The translations under genes were made by a program, and so were the position numbers. Under the pieces are notes generated by a model that saw only the letters and a list, made by a program, of their open reading frames with translations, was not told the origin of the DNA and ran no database searches. Positions 1 to 9,856 of a stretch of DNA of 64,000 bases are shown one piece after another (the stretch's first letter is position 1; every line of letters begins with the position of its first letter). The stretch comes from Burkholderiales bacterium. Lineage in GTDB: Bacteria > Pseudomonadota > Gammaproteobacteria > Burkholderiales > Ga0077523. The DNA is taken from the NCBI GenBank assembly GCA_038324085.1, contig JBBQHP010000003.1, positions 64,720-128,719 on the forward strand, written 5' to 3'.

Positions 1-169
1 ACAGCCAGAAACGGAAGAAATGACTGGGAATGGGATGTAGATCGAGTGCGCGGTGCGCTTGGTGGCGGTGCAGGAAAATCGTCACGCCGGCGATCGTCAC
101 GTGAGTAAGTCCTAACGCGACAAGCACATACCCCCACCACGGAAGATCGATCAAACCATTGATTATCAT
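1..169 (-). CDS. membrane fatty-acid desaturase, N-terminal 56 codons only (gene runs off the left edge)
   Basis: Hand translation of the reverse strand from ATG at 169 gives MIINGLIDLPWWGYVLVALGLTHVTIAGVTIFLHRHQAHRALDLHPIPSHFFRFWL. This is a TM helix followed by a HRxxxH histidine box, as in acyl-CoA/acyl-lipid desaturases. Not in the ORF track because no stop lies in the window. Confidence 0.55.
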   Translation of the reverse strand, partial: MIINGLIDLPWWGYVLVALGLTHVTIAGVTIFLHRHQAHRALDLHPIPSHFFRFWL

Positions 170-294
170 GAAGACCTCAGGAAGTGAACCGCGTACCCAA
201 TTGTACAGGAACCCGACGTGTGGGTTTACTGACCTGGATCAACGCTGAGTGTCAATATGGGGGCGCAGGTCCGGCAGGCAAGATCAAGCAAGTT

Positions 295-1596
295 TCAGCC
301 CTCTGTATCCGGTAGCGACAGGTCCCGGACGATGCGCACGTCGCGTTGTGGAAACGGTATCTCGATACCCGCGGCTTGGAAGGCCTCGAAGATGCGCAGA
401 TTGAGCTCGGAGCGAAGATTCGCGCGCCCCCCCTCCGGATCGGCGATCCAGATCATGAGTTCGAGATTGATCCCACTGTCCCCAAAGTCTTTGACGAACG
501 CTACCGGTGCCGGCTGCGGCACCACCCGCGGAGAGGCTAGCGCCGCGGACTGCAACGTTTCAAGTGCGAGCCTGAGGTCGGTCGAGTATGCGACCTGTAT
601 CCCCAGGTCGATCCGCGCGAGGCGATCCGAATAGGAATGATTCAGGACAGTTGACGTGATCACGGATTCGTTCGGGATGATGGCCTCGGTCCCGTCATAA
701 CCCTTCACCACCACGTAGCGAGCAGTGAGCCGCGTCACTTCACCGTAGCGATTGTCGATGGTGACCAAATCGCCCAGCTTGATGGAACGGTCCAACAGGA
801 TCGCGAAGCCGCTGACGTAGTTGGCGGCGATCTTCTGCAGTCCGAACCCGAGGCCCACGCCCACGGCACCGCCGAATACCGACAGCACCGTCACGTCGAT
901 CCCCATCAGCGGCAACGCAATCAGCACCGAGAACACGAGGAACACGGCCTTTACCGTCTTCGCGAAGACGACGCGCAGATTCACGTCCAATTGGCTCAGG
1001 GCCATGATCCTGCTTTCGGCCAGACGTCCGACCCACATTGCAAGCAGGATCGTGATCGCAACCGACAACGTGCCCTCGATCACGTTCAGCAGCGAGATGC
1101 TGTGCGCGCCGAGCGGCAATGTGAGCTCGTCGAGCCACGCTCGAATCTGCGGAAGCAGTCCGGTGATGTGCAGGACTGCAACCACCCACATCGTCCAGGC
1201 GATCGCACGCTCGGAACTCTTCAACCAGCCCCCGGGTGCGAATACGTGTCGCAGCACGTAAATCGTGATCCGGATGACCACGAGCGATGAAGACAGCGGG
1301 ATGGCGATGTTGAGCAGGTTGACCGGATGATGGAATTGCAGCGCCCAGCGCCCGACCAGCAGGAGCAACCATCCGATTGCCGGATTCAGCACACGCATGA
1401 GCCCGCCGGTTCCGAGGCGAAACGCGTCTTCACCGGCCTGCGCTTCGGCACGAACCTGGATCAACCGCGGACGTAGCGCGCGCGCGATGAGCCAAGCACC
1501 ACCGAGACACGCCGCGATGATCCCGACCTGCCATACGATCGAGACAGTCTCAATCTCTGAAATCAGCGCTACGAGGAGATTGGGAGGTTGGCTCAA
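295..1596 (-). CDS. mechanosensitive ion channel, MscS family
   Basis: 433-aa ORF with N-terminal TM helices followed by an MscS pore/beta-domain pattern: GLGFGLQKIAANYVSGFAILLDRSIKLGDLVTI...GEVTRLTARYVVVKGYDGTEAIIPNESV. Confidence 0.85.
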   Translation of the reverse strand: MSQPPNLLVALISEIETVSIVWQVGIIAACLGGAWLIARALRPRLIQVRAEAQAGEDAFRLGTGGLMRVLNPAIGWLLLLVGRWALQFHHPVNLLNIAIPLSSSLVVIRITIYVLRHVFAPGGWLKSSERAIAWTMWVVAVLHITGLLPQIRAWLDELTLPLGAHSISLLNVIEGTLSVAITILLAMWVGRLAESRIMALSQLDVNLRVVFAKTVKAVFLVFSVLIALPLMGIDVTVLSVFGGAVGVGLGFGLQKIAANYVSGFAILLDRSIKLGDLVTIDNRYGEVTRLTARYVVVKGYDGTEAIIPNESVITSTVLNHSYSDRLARIDLGIQVAYSTDLRLALETLQSAALASPRVVPQPAPVAFVKDFGDSGINLELMIWIADPEGGRANLRSELNLRIFEAFQAAGIEIPFPQRDVRIVRDLSLPDTEG

Positions 1597-1652
1597 TTAG
1601 ATTATCTAGATCGCATAGGCCGGCTCGGATTCTAGCACCGGCTGAATCGAGC

Positions 1653-2933
1653 TCAGAGCGGACGCGAAAGCACCGCCGCGAAGAAGCCGTCGGTGTCGTG
1701 GAGTGCGGGATTCAAGCGAAGGTAGGGCCCCTCACCGCCGATCGAAATGTCGAAAGCGCGCAGCACGACGTGCGCATCCAGAAGCGACCATCCGGAATGC
1801 TCATCAAGGAAGGCGTCGACTACCGACTCATTCTCTTCCGGCAGCAGACTGCACGTAACGTATACCACCCGTCCGCCTGGTTTTGCCAACCGCGCTGCCG
1901 CGCGCAGTATCGTCGACTGTTTCGCGGTCAGTTCCCGGATCGCTTCCAGACTCATTCTCCATTTAAGGTCGGGATTGCGTCTTAGGGTGCCGGTCCCGCT
2001 ACAGGGTGCGTCCACCAGGACCCGATCGATCTTGCCGGCGAGCCGCTTCACCCGTGCGTCATTTTCTGAATCGATGAGCTGCGGGTGCACGTTCGAAAGC
2101 CCGCTTCGTTTCAAGCGCGGCCGCAAATTCAATAGCCGCTTTTCCGAGGTGTCGAAAGCATAGAGCCGGCCCTCCGATCGCATCGCGGCGCCCAATGCGA
2201 GCGTCTTCCCGCCGGCGCCCGCACAGAAATCGACGACCATCTGATGACGCCGCGCATCGACCAGCAAAGAGACAATCTGACTGCCTTCGTCCTGCACCTC
2301 GACGTGACCACCAGTGATGAGTGCGTGACGCTCCAGGGCCAGCTTGGATTTCAGGCGAACGCCGATCGGAGAAAGCGCTGTCGCGGTCGCCTCTATTCCG
2401 CTCTCGTGCAACGTGGCCAGCACCTCGTCGCGCCGAGTGAGCATCGTGTTTACTCGGAGATCCATCGGTGCGGACGTCAGCAGTTTTCGCGCGAGCGCGA
2501 GTCTGCCTTCCGCGTCGAAAACGGTCCCGAGCCGGTCCCACAGCCAATCCGGCAACGACAAGCGCTGCGCATCAGTTTCCAACGGCTCCCGTGAGCGGAT
2601 CGAAGTCAACCACTCGGCCTCGCCGGGGAAGAGCGATCTTTCCACTGTGCGCAGATTGTGTCCGCCGATGCGTGTAAGGCAAGCGAGCACCAGACGACGT
2701 GGGCCGCGTCCTCCGGCCAGTACCTCGAGCCATCGGAGATTGCGCAGGATCGCGAATACCGTATCCGCGACGAAAGCCCGATCGCGCACCCCCAGCTTCG
2801 TGTTGTCCCGGAACCACGCGCGCAGCGTCGCATCGGCCGGCCGTTCCAGCGGCAAAACCGCGCTCAATGCGTCCACGACGACGCCGATGCGCTGCGGCGT
2901 GAGTTCCGAAGTCATGGGCGAATCCGGCCGCAC
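1653..2933 (-). CDS. RsmB/NOP2/Sun-family RNA cytosine-C5 methyltransferase
   Basis: 426-aa ORF. It carries the SAM motif DFCAGAGGKT and the catalytic Cys motifs DAPCSGTGTLRRNPD and VYVTCSL. Confidence 0.85.
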   Translation of the reverse strand: MRPDSPMTSELTPQRIGVVVDALSAVLPLERPADATLRAWFRDNTKLGVRDRAFVADTVFAILRNLRWLEVLAGGRGPRRLVLACLTRIGGHNLRTVERSLFPGEAEWLTSIRSREPLETDAQRLSLPDWLWDRLGTVFDAEGRLALARKLLTSAPMDLRVNTMLTRRDEVLATLHESGIEATATALSPIGVRLKSKLALERHALITGGHVEVQDEGSQIVSLLVDARRHQMVVDFCAGAGGKTLALGAAMRSEGRLYAFDTSEKRLLNLRPRLKRSGLSNVHPQLIDSENDARVKRLAGKIDRVLVDAPCSGTGTLRRNPDLKWRMSLEAIRELTAKQSTILRAAARLAKPGGRVVYVTCSLLPEENESVVDAFLDEHSGWSLLDAHVVLRAFDISIGGEGPYLRLNPALHDTDGFFAAVLSRPL

Positions 2934-2943
2934 GGCGCCGGAG

Positions 2944-3648
2944 TCATCGGGAGGAATAGGTGATTTTGGTCACCGTGGAATCGAAGGCGGTGCCGTCCTT
3001 CTCCACGATGCGGATGCGTACCGGCAAGCGGTAGTGCGCCAACGATAGCCAGAACTCGAAGCCGCGCTTGTCGTCGGTGTCCTGGATCTTGCGGAAATGA
3101 AGCGTGTCGATCTCGCCCAGTTCTGTGCTGATCCTTTCGCGGCCTTCGAAGCTGAGTTCGTACTCCTGGAGCTTGCGCCCGTCGGTAACGTTCACTCTGA
3201 AGCGTGCCGCCTTGGGCGGTTCGTTGAACACGAACGCGTAGGCGAGGGACGCCTGATCGAGCGTCGAGGCTGGCAACGGTACCTTCTCGACGTTGCCCCC
3301 TTCATCGATCGTGAGTTCGTTGTGGTCCCAGTCGAAAAGTGCGGCATTTGGCGCCTTGCCGGTACGCGTCTGTCGGAACGACAGGGGACGCAACCCCTGG
3401 GGAGTGATCAATCCACGGCTCTCGCGCTGCTCATCCATTCTCTTGAATATGCGGGCGATGCCGACCGTACGCGCCTGCGTGTCGACGCTGTAGGTCTTGT
3501 CGTCGTGCTCGAAGACATCCCGGCCCGTGCCGACGACGATGCCCTTTGCTACCACCGAGACATCCATCTCCACGTGCGTGGGGACCTGGGCCGCGATAGC
3601 TGGCGGTAGCCAGAAGACGAGGCCGAGGATCGCCAGAAAAGTCCTCAC
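2944..3648 (-). CDS. secreted DUF3108-like protein
   Basis: Track ORF is 2944..3666. I prefer GTG at 3648 (GTGA overlap with the purN stop), which gives a signal-peptide-like start VRTFLAILGLVFWLPPAIAAQ. The family name is from memory and unverified. Confidence 0.5.
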   Translation of the reverse strand: MRTFLAILGLVFWLPPAIAAQVPTHVEMDVSVVAKGIVVGTGRDVFEHDDKTYSVDTQARTVGIARIFKRMDEQRESRGLITPQGLRPLSFRQTRTGKAPNAALFDWDHNELTIDEGGNVEKVPLPASTLDQASLAYAFVFNEPPKAARFRVNVTDGRKLQEYELSFEGRERISTELGEIDTLHFRKIQDTDDKRGFEFWLSLAHYRLPVRIRIVEKDGTAFDSTVTKITYSSR

Positions 3649-4274
3649 GTGGGCTCCGGAACGCAAAGCGCGACTCCCTGATCGGCAGGAGCGTCCACGC
3701 GTACGCGCAGTCCGTCGACGCTCAATCGGCCGTCGATGAACCAGCGGACTGCTGCAGGCAGGATGCGGTGCTCCTGCGCCAGCACCCGCGCGGCCAGCGT
3801 TGATTCGGAATCGTCGGCGAGTACCGGTACCGCCGCTTGAGCGATGATCGGTCCGTGATCGAGCGCATCGGTGACGAAGTGCACCGTGCAGCCATGCACT
3901 TTCACGCCCGCCTCGAGCGCGCGACGATGCGTATCGAGGCCGACGAACGCCGGTAACAGCGACGGGTGGATATTGATCAGGTGTCCCGCATAGTGCTGTA
4001 CGAAAGTCGACGTCAAGATGCGCATGAACCCTGCGAGCACCACCAGGTCGGGCCGCTGTTCATCGATGGTTGCGGCGAGCGTGGCGTCGAAAGCGTCGCG
4101 AGTGTCGTGCAAGTGATGGTCTACGACGGCGCTCGTAATACCGTGAGCCTGCGCGAGCCTCAGGCCACCTGCGTCGGGCCGGTTGGCGATCACTGCGACC
4201 ACAGGCAGCCTGGCGGACAAAAGCGCCCCCAGGTTGCTGCCTCGTCCGGAAATGATGACTGCGATACGCGACAC
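3645..4274 (-). CDS. purN: phosphoribosylglycinamide formyltransferase
   Basis: C-terminal 209 aa of ORF 3645..4589: RIAVIISGRGSNLGALL...GFMRIL...INIHPSLLPAF.GL.THRRALEAGVKVHGCTVHFV. Start set to GTG 4274, 8 nt after the purM stop. The upstream part of the track ORF overlaps purM. Confidence 0.9.
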   Translation of the reverse strand: MSRIAVIISGRGSNLGALLSARLPVVAVIANRPDAGGLRLAQAHGITSAVVDHHLHDTRDAFDATLAATIDEQRPDLVVLAGFMRILTSTFVQHYAGHLINIHPSLLPAFVGLDTHRRALEAGVKVHGCTVHFVTDALDHGPIIAQAAVPVLADDSESTLAARVLAQEHRILPAAVRWFIDGRLSVDGLRVRVDAPADQGVALCVPEPT

Positions 4275-4281
4275 AAACCGC

Positions 4282-5328
4282 TCAGCGGACGACGGTCGCT
4301 GCCTGGGAGCCCGTGCGTGGCTCGATCGTTCCGGCCAGCCATGCGCTCTCGCCCGCCGAGTTGAGGTGCGCCACGGAGGCTGCCGCGTGTTCCGCGGAGA
4401 CCACGATGACCATGCCCACACCGCAATTGAACACGCGATGCATCTCTTCGTCGGATACTCGACCTTGCCGCTGGAGCCATTGAAAAACTGCGGGCAGCGT
4501 CCATGATTCGCGATGGAGTACCGCCATCGAACCTGCGGGCAGTATGCGAGGGACGTTCTCAACGAGGCCGCCTCCAGTGATGTGGGCAACTCCTTTGACG
4601 GGGAGGTGGCGCAGCAGTTCCAGGACGGGCTTCACGTAGATACGGGTTGGCGCCAGCAAGGCTTCCCCCAAAGTACGCCCGTGAAAGTCGCCCGACAGGT
4701 CGGCCGCGCTCACCTCCGCGATGCGGCGGATCAGCGAATAGCCGTTGCTGTGCGGCCCGCTGGACGCGAGCGCGATCACGGCATCGCCCGCCACGATCGA
4801 TCGTCCATCGATGATCGCGGATTTTTCCACCGCGCCGACCGCGAACCCCGCGAGATCGTACTCGCCGTCCGGATACATGCCCGGCATCTCTGCGGTCTCG
4901 CCTCCAATCAACGCACAGCCGGCCTGCCGGCAGCCTTCGGCAATCCCGCCTATGACGGCTGCCGCTGTCTCCACGTCGAGCTTTCCACAGGCGAAGTAGT
5001 CGAGGAAGAATAGCGGCTCGGCGCCCTGCACGAGGATGTCATTGACGCTCATCGCCACGAGATCGATGCCAACCGTATCGTGCCGATTCAACTGGAAGGC
5101 GAGCTTCAGCTTGGTGCCGACGCCGTCGGTGCCCGATACGAGAACCGGTTCGCGGAAGCGCCCGGGAACCTCGAACAGTGCGCCGAAACCGCCGATGCCC
5201 GCGAGCACGCCTTCGCGCAAGGTAGCGCGCGCGAGCGGCTTGATGCGTTCGACCAAGGCGTCGCCGGCGTCGATATCGACACCGGCGTCCCGGTAGGATA
5301 GGCCGGCAGCGGGGTGTTCGGAGGTCAC
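4282..5328 (-). CDS. purM: phosphoribosylformylglycinamidine cyclo-ligase (AIR synthetase)
   Basis: 348-aa ORF containing [39 protein letters not shown] and [18 protein letters not shown]. Confidence 0.95.
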   Translation of the reverse strand: MTSEHPAAGLSYRDAGVDIDAGDALVERIKPLARATLREGVLAGIGGFGALFEVPGRFREPVLVSGTDGVGTKLKLAFQLNRHDTVGIDLVAMSVNDILVQGAEPLFFLDYFACGKLDVETAAAVIGGIAEGCRQAGCALIGGETAEMPGMYPDGEYDLAGFAVGAVEKSAIIDGRSIVAGDAVIALASSGPHSNGYSLIRRIAEVSAADLSGDFHGRTLGEALLAPTRIYVKPVLELLRHLPVKGVAHITGGGLVENVPRILPAGSMAVLHRESWTLPAVFQWLQRQGRVSDEEMHRVFNCGVGMVIVVSAEHAAASVAHLNSAGESAWLAGTIEPRTGSQAATVVR

Positions 5329-5449
5329 GTCGATGAAAGGGAGGGATCGTTCGGGTGGCGCGTTCCGGCTGCGAGAACAGCGGGCACCGGAAGAGCGCCG
5401 ATTCTACCCGAACGGTCTCGATGCAGACCGCGTTTGTATAATCCTTTGC

Positions 5450-6139
5450 ATGAAGCAACTCGCGCTCGGCATCATCGAACCGCCTGCACCCACTTTCGAC
5501 AATTTTGTCAGTGGGCGAAACGCGGAATTGCTCGCGGCGTTGCGGAACCAGTGCCAAGGGGACGCCGGAGAACGGATCATCTATATCTGGGGTGTACCTG
5601 GCTGCGGGCGGACGCACCTGTTGGGTGCAATGGCCCAAGCCTTGCTGATCGAGGGCCGACCGGCGGTCTGGTTTCCGGACGCACCGGGCGACGGCTCACA
5701 GTTCGTCCTGGTCGACGACGTGGACTGTCTCGACGATGCGCGTCAGGTTGCGCTGTTTGGCGTCTTCAACGCGGTCCGCGAAGCGGGCGGATGCCTGCTT
5801 GCCGCGGGCAATGTCCCGCCCGCTCAGCTGCGACTCCGCCCCGAGCTGTTGACCCGGCTCGCCTGGGGTCTCGTCTACCACGTCCATTCCCTCGACGACG
5901 ACGACAAGACCGAGGCCCTGGAGCGGCACGCGCAGGCTCGAGGATTGCATCTTCCGACGGAAGTCTCGGCATACTTGTTGCGCCATATCCAGCGGGATCT
6001 GCCGTCGCTGATGGCGATCCTCGACGCACTCGATCAATTTTCGCTCGAGGCGCAACGGCCGATCACCATACCGCTGCTCCGCGAGATACTCCTGTCGGCC
6101 AAGCTGGCAGACGCATCGGTGAAGGAAGGTACCGCTTGA
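5450..6139 (+). CDS. hda: DnaA-inactivating protein Hda
   Basis: Internal ATG 5450 of ORF 5333..6139 gives MKQLALGIIEPPAPTFDNFVSGRNAELLAAL...IYIWGVPGCGRTHLL, a DnaA domain-III-like AAA+ core of typical Hda length (229 aa). Confidence 0.8.
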   Translation: MKQLALGIIEPPAPTFDNFVSGRNAELLAALRNQCQGDAGERIIYIWGVPGCGRTHLLGAMAQALLIEGRPAVWFPDAPGDGSQFVLVDDVDCLDDARQVALFGVFNAVREAGGCLLAAGNVPPAQLRLRPELLTRLAWGLVYHVHSLDDDDKTEALERHAQARGLHLPTEVSAYLLRHIQRDLPSLMAILDALDQFSLEAQRPITIPLLREILLSAKLADASVKEGTA

Positions 6140-6795
6140 AGCTCGCGCTGTTCGATCTCGACAATACCCTGCTCGCCGGCGACAGCGACTTCGAATGGGC
6201 GCAGTTCCTCATCGAACTGGGCGTGCTCGATCGTGAACTCTACGAGTCGCGCAACCAGCAGTTCTACGACCAGTACCGCGCGGGTACGCTCGACATCCAT
6301 GAGTTCCTGGATTTCCAGCTGAAGCCGCTGGCGCGGCATCCCCGTGCGCAACTCGAACGCTGGCATCGCGATTACATGCAGCGCAAGATTCTGCCGATGA
6401 TCACGCGCAAGGCTCGCGACCTCGTGGACAGTCACGCCGCCGACGCGCGGGCGGTCGTCACGGCCACCAACAGCTTCGTCACCTGGCCGATCGTGCGCGA
6501 ATTCGGCATCGATAATCTGGTCGCGACGGATCCGGAAGAGAAGCCTGATGGCGAGTTCACCGGTGGTGTGAAAGGGGTCCCCGCATTCCGCGAGGGCAAG
6601 GTTGCGCGGGTGGAATCGTGGCTTGCGGACCTGGGTCTGGGCTGGACTTCCTTCAAGGAATCCTGGTTCTACAGCGATTCGCTGAATGATCTTCCCTTGC
6701 TCTGCAAAGTGACCAATCCGGTGGCCGTGGATCCCGATGAGACGTTGAAAGAGCACGCGCTCACGAACGGCTGGATGGTGATCAGCCTGCGCTGA
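6136..6795 (+). CDS. HAD-IB family hydrolase (phosphoserine-phosphatase-like)
   Basis: C-terminal 219 aa of ORF 5314..6795. TTG 6136 overlaps the hda TGA. HAD motif I is present (LALFDLDNTLL), with later motifs VVTATNSF and YSDSLNDLPLL. Confidence 0.75.
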   Translation: MKLALFDLDNTLLAGDSDFEWAQFLIELGVLDRELYESRNQQFYDQYRAGTLDIHEFLDFQLKPLARHPRAQLERWHRDYMQRKILPMITRKARDLVDSHAADARAVVTATNSFVTWPIVREFGIDNLVATDPEEKPDGEFTGGVKGVPAFREGKVARVESWLADLGLGWTSFKESWFYSDSLNDLPLLCKVTNPVAVDPDETLKEHALTNGWMVISLR

Positions 6796-6873
6796 CCGGC
6801 AGGGAACTGGTAGCGCCGTGTATACTCCGGCGCTTCGTGAATCGGCCCGATGCCCGCTCACAACACCCTGTAA

Positions 6874-8283
6874 ATGATAAAGAAACTGCTCGACAAAATG
6901 TTTTTCCGCGGGGCTCGGGACAGGCCCGGGAAAGCGCCCCGGGCAGGCGACGAGCCGCGGGCGATCGGCGTGGAAAAGCACGGCGTCAAGCGCGAGCGCA
7001 TCAGTTCATGCGCGCGGAGAGTCACCGAAAGCCTGCAAGGCCGCGGCTATCGCGCCTACGTGGTGGGCGGCGCTGTGCGTGATCTCCTGCTCGACCTCGA
7101 GCCGAAGGACTTCGACGTCGCCACCGACGCAACGCCGGAGGAAGTACAGGGCGCATTTCGACGCTCCCGGGTTATAGGGCGGCGCTTCCGCATCGTCCAT
7201 TGCATGTGTGGCCAGGACACCGTGGAAGTGTCGACATTCCGCGCGCTGCAGGGCAGCGTGGAGGACGATAACCAGGTCAAGGACGAACACGGTCGGCTGT
7301 TGCGCGACAACGTGTTCGGGTCCCAGGCCGAAGATGCCCTGAGGCGAGATTTCACAGTCAATGCGCTCTATTACGATCCGGCCACCGAGCAGATCCTGGA
7401 CTACTGCGACGGCGTGAAGGATCTCGACGCCCGCGTGCTGCGCATGATCGGGGATCCGAGCGAGCGCTATCGCGAGGATCCCGTCCGCATGCTGCGTGCC
7501 GTGCGTTTGTCGGCGAAACTGGGCCTGGCCATCGAACGTGGTACGCAGGCACCCATCACCGCAATGGCCCCGCTGCTGCAGAATGTTCCGGCCGCCCGGT
7601 TGTTCGAGGAAATGCTGAAGCTCCTGTTGAGCGGTCATGCGGTGGATTGCATCACGCGGTTGCGCGAACTGGGCCTGCATCACGGGCTGTTGCCGCTACT
7701 GGACGTGATCCTGGAACAGCCGCTCGGAGAACGCTTCGTCATGCTCGCATTGAAGCGCACGGACGAACGCATCCGGCAGGAAAAGACTGTGTCGCCCGGC
7801 TTCCTGTTCGCTGCGCTTTTGTGGCACGAAGTCCTTGCCGCCTGGAAGCTCGCACAGGACCGCGGCATGCCGCCCATACCGGCGCTGCACGAGGCGATGG
7901 ACGAGGTGCTCTCGTCCCAGGCCGAGAAGATTTCGATCCCGCGCCGCTTCGGCACCGACATGAAAGAGATCTGGCTGCTGCAGTGGCGCTTCACGCAACG
8001 CTCCGGCAAGCGGCCCTGGCGGGTGCTGGAGAGTCCGAAATTTCGTGCCGCATACGATTTTCTGCTGCTCCGGTGCGAGAGCGGAGAAATCGACGTCGAG
8101 GTCGGCCAATGGTGGGGTCGGTTCCAGGATGCCTCTGCCGAAGAACGTGAACTCCTGCTTCTGGCGCCGGAGAAGGGCGCGGCCACGGGCCGCAAGCGCC
8201 GCCGTCGGCGGCGCGTCAAGCGCGAGGACGGCGAGTCCGAGACCGATGCGGCCGGTGAGCAACTGGTCGATCCGGAACCGTGA
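6874..8283 (+). CDS. pcnB: poly(A) polymerase I
   Basis: 469-aa ORF containing YVVGGAVRDLLL..PKDFDVAT, RRDFTVNALYYD and an Arg-rich C-terminal tail. Confidence 0.9.
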   Translation: MIKKLLDKMFFRGARDRPGKAPRAGDEPRAIGVEKHGVKRERISSCARRVTESLQGRGYRAYVVGGAVRDLLLDLEPKDFDVATDATPEEVQGAFRRSRVIGRRFRIVHCMCGQDTVEVSTFRALQGSVEDDNQVKDEHGRLLRDNVFGSQAEDALRRDFTVNALYYDPATEQILDYCDGVKDLDARVLRMIGDPSERYREDPVRMLRAVRLSAKLGLAIERGTQAPITAMAPLLQNVPAARLFEEMLKLLLSGHAVDCITRLRELGLHHGLLPLLDVILEQPLGERFVMLALKRTDERIRQEKTVSPGFLFAALLWHEVLAAWKLAQDRGMPPIPALHEAMDEVLSSQAEKISIPRRFGTDMKEIWLLQWRFTQRSGKRPWRVLESPKFRAAYDFLLLRCESGEIDVEVGQWWGRFQDASAEERELLLLAPEKGAATGRKRRRRRRVKREDGESETDAAGEQLVDPEP

Positions 8284-8306
8284 CCGTGCTCGCGTGAGGA
8301 GTACCG

Positions 8307-8951
8307 ATGCAGCTTCCTGAGCGCCTGCGCTACATCGCTGTCGAGGGGCCGATCGGGGCGGGCAAGACCAGCCTCGCGCGAAAGCTGTCCGAAGCGCTCG
8401 AAGCCGAACTCATGCTCGAGGATCCCGACACCAACCCCTTCCTCCCGCTGTTCTACGACGATCCCGGGCGGCACGCGCTGGCGACGCAATTGTTTTTCCT
8501 GTTCCAGCGCGCGGATCAGGTGCGCGAGCTGCGCCAGACCGATCTTTTCCGTCGTGTCACGGTAGCGGATTTCTGCTTCGAGAAGGACACGCTGTTCGCG
8601 CGACTGACGCTCGCCGATGACGAGTTCGAGCTCTATCAGAAGATTCACTCGTACCTGGCGCCGCTCGCCCCGACGCCCGATCTCGTGATCTACCTGCAAG
8701 CAGCGCCCCGCATTCTGGCTGAACGCGTACGGCGCAGGGGCATCCCCTACGAGCGCAACGTCGCCGAGGGCTACCTCGCGCGTCTCGCGGATTCGTATAG
8801 CCGGTACTTCCACGACTACTCGGCGGCGCCCGTGCTGGTCGTCAACAGCGAGCGCCTCAACTTTGTTGATAAGCCCGAAGACTTTGCGTTACTGTTGCGC
8901 CGCATCACGGAGATGCGAGGCAGTCGCGAATACTTCAACATCGGCGGCTGA
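8307..8951 (+). CDS. deoxynucleoside kinase family protein
   Basis: 214-aa ORF with P-loop YIAVEGPIGAGKTSLARKL and dNK-like DRSIFxD-equivalent and RRGIPYER segments. Confidence 0.7.
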   Translation: MQLPERLRYIAVEGPIGAGKTSLARKLSEALEAELMLEDPDTNPFLPLFYDDPGRHALATQLFFLFQRADQVRELRQTDLFRRVTVADFCFEKDTLFARLTLADDEFELYQKIHSYLAPLAPTPDLVIYLQAAPRILAERVRRRGIPYERNVAEGYLARLADSYSRYFHDYSAAPVLVVNSERLNFVDKPEDFALLLRRITEMRGSREYFNIGG

Positions 8952-8974
8952 GACCGATCAGGGAGATAGAACGG

Positions 8975-9802
8975 ATGTACACGAATCCGTCAGGAGAAAA
9001 AGTGAAGACCGGGCGCATCACGCTTGCCCACTTGCGGAAGAAGCAGGGCGAAGGGGAGCGACTCACGATGGTCGCCTGCTACGATGCGACGGCGGCCGCG
9101 GTGGTCGAAAACGCAGGTGTCGAGATCATCCTGGTGGGAGATTCCCTCGGCATGCTGGTGCAAGGCGCCGAATCGACGCTGTCGGTGAGCATCGAGGACG
9201 CCGTGTATCACACCCGTTGCGTGGCGCGCGGGGCGCAGCGCGCCATCGTGCTTGGCGACATGCCGTTCGGCAGTTACCAGGCGAGCCCGCAGCAGGCGTT
9301 CGAGAACGCCTCGAAGCTGATGGCAGCCGGTGCGCACATGATCAAGCTCGAAGGCGGGGGAGTCATGGCCGAGACGGTGGCATTTCTGTCCGCGCGAGGG
9401 ATTCCCGTGTGTGGACATCTGGGGCTCACGCCACAGTCGGTAAATGCGCTGGGCGGATTCAAGGTGCAAGGCAAGACGGAGGATGCCGCCCAGCTAGTGA
9501 TCGAGGATGCGAAGCGGATCGAGGCCGCGGGTGCCGTGATGATCGTATTCGAGGCCATACCCAGTGCGCTCGGCAAGGCGGTCACCGAGGCGTTGTCGAT
9601 TCCGACCATCGGCATCGGCGCCGGCCCGGATTGCTCGGGCCAGATTCTGCTGCTCTACGACATGCTGGATTTCTTCCCGGGCCGAAAGGCCAAGTTCGTG
9701 AAGAACTTCATGGCGGGCGCCGGCAGCATCCAGGCGGCGGTCGAGAGCTTCGTGCGCGAAGTGAAGTCCGGCACCTTTCCCAGTCCGGAATACTGCTACT
9801 GA
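8975..9802 (+). CDS. panB: 3-methyl-2-oxobutanoate hydroxymethyltransferase
   Basis: 275-aa ORF containing MVACYDA, ILVGDSLGMLVQG, KLEGG and PVCGHLGLTPQS. Confidence 0.95.
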   Translation: MYTNPSGEKVKTGRITLAHLRKKQGEGERLTMVACYDATAAAVVENAGVEIILVGDSLGMLVQGAESTLSVSIEDAVYHTRCVARGAQRAIVLGDMPFGSYQASPQQAFENASKLMAAGAHMIKLEGGGVMAETVAFLSARGIPVCGHLGLTPQSVNALGGFKVQGKTEDAAQLVIEDAKRIEAAGAVMIVFEAIPSALGKAVTEALSIPTIGIGAGPDCSGQILLLYDMLDFFPGRKAKFVKNFMAGAGSIQAAVESFVREVKSGTFPSPEYCY

Positions 9803-9856
9803 TCGCGCCGACCGGCGTCGCGCCTGGCGGCGCCGGTTTCACCGCATCCCGATTCC

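Noticed and set aside
8284-8306. Apparent absence of folK between pcnB and the deoxynucleoside kinase
   Set aside because: This rests only on my recollection of beta-proteobacterial synteny. The 23-nt gap shows no remnant, and folK may simply lie elsewhere.
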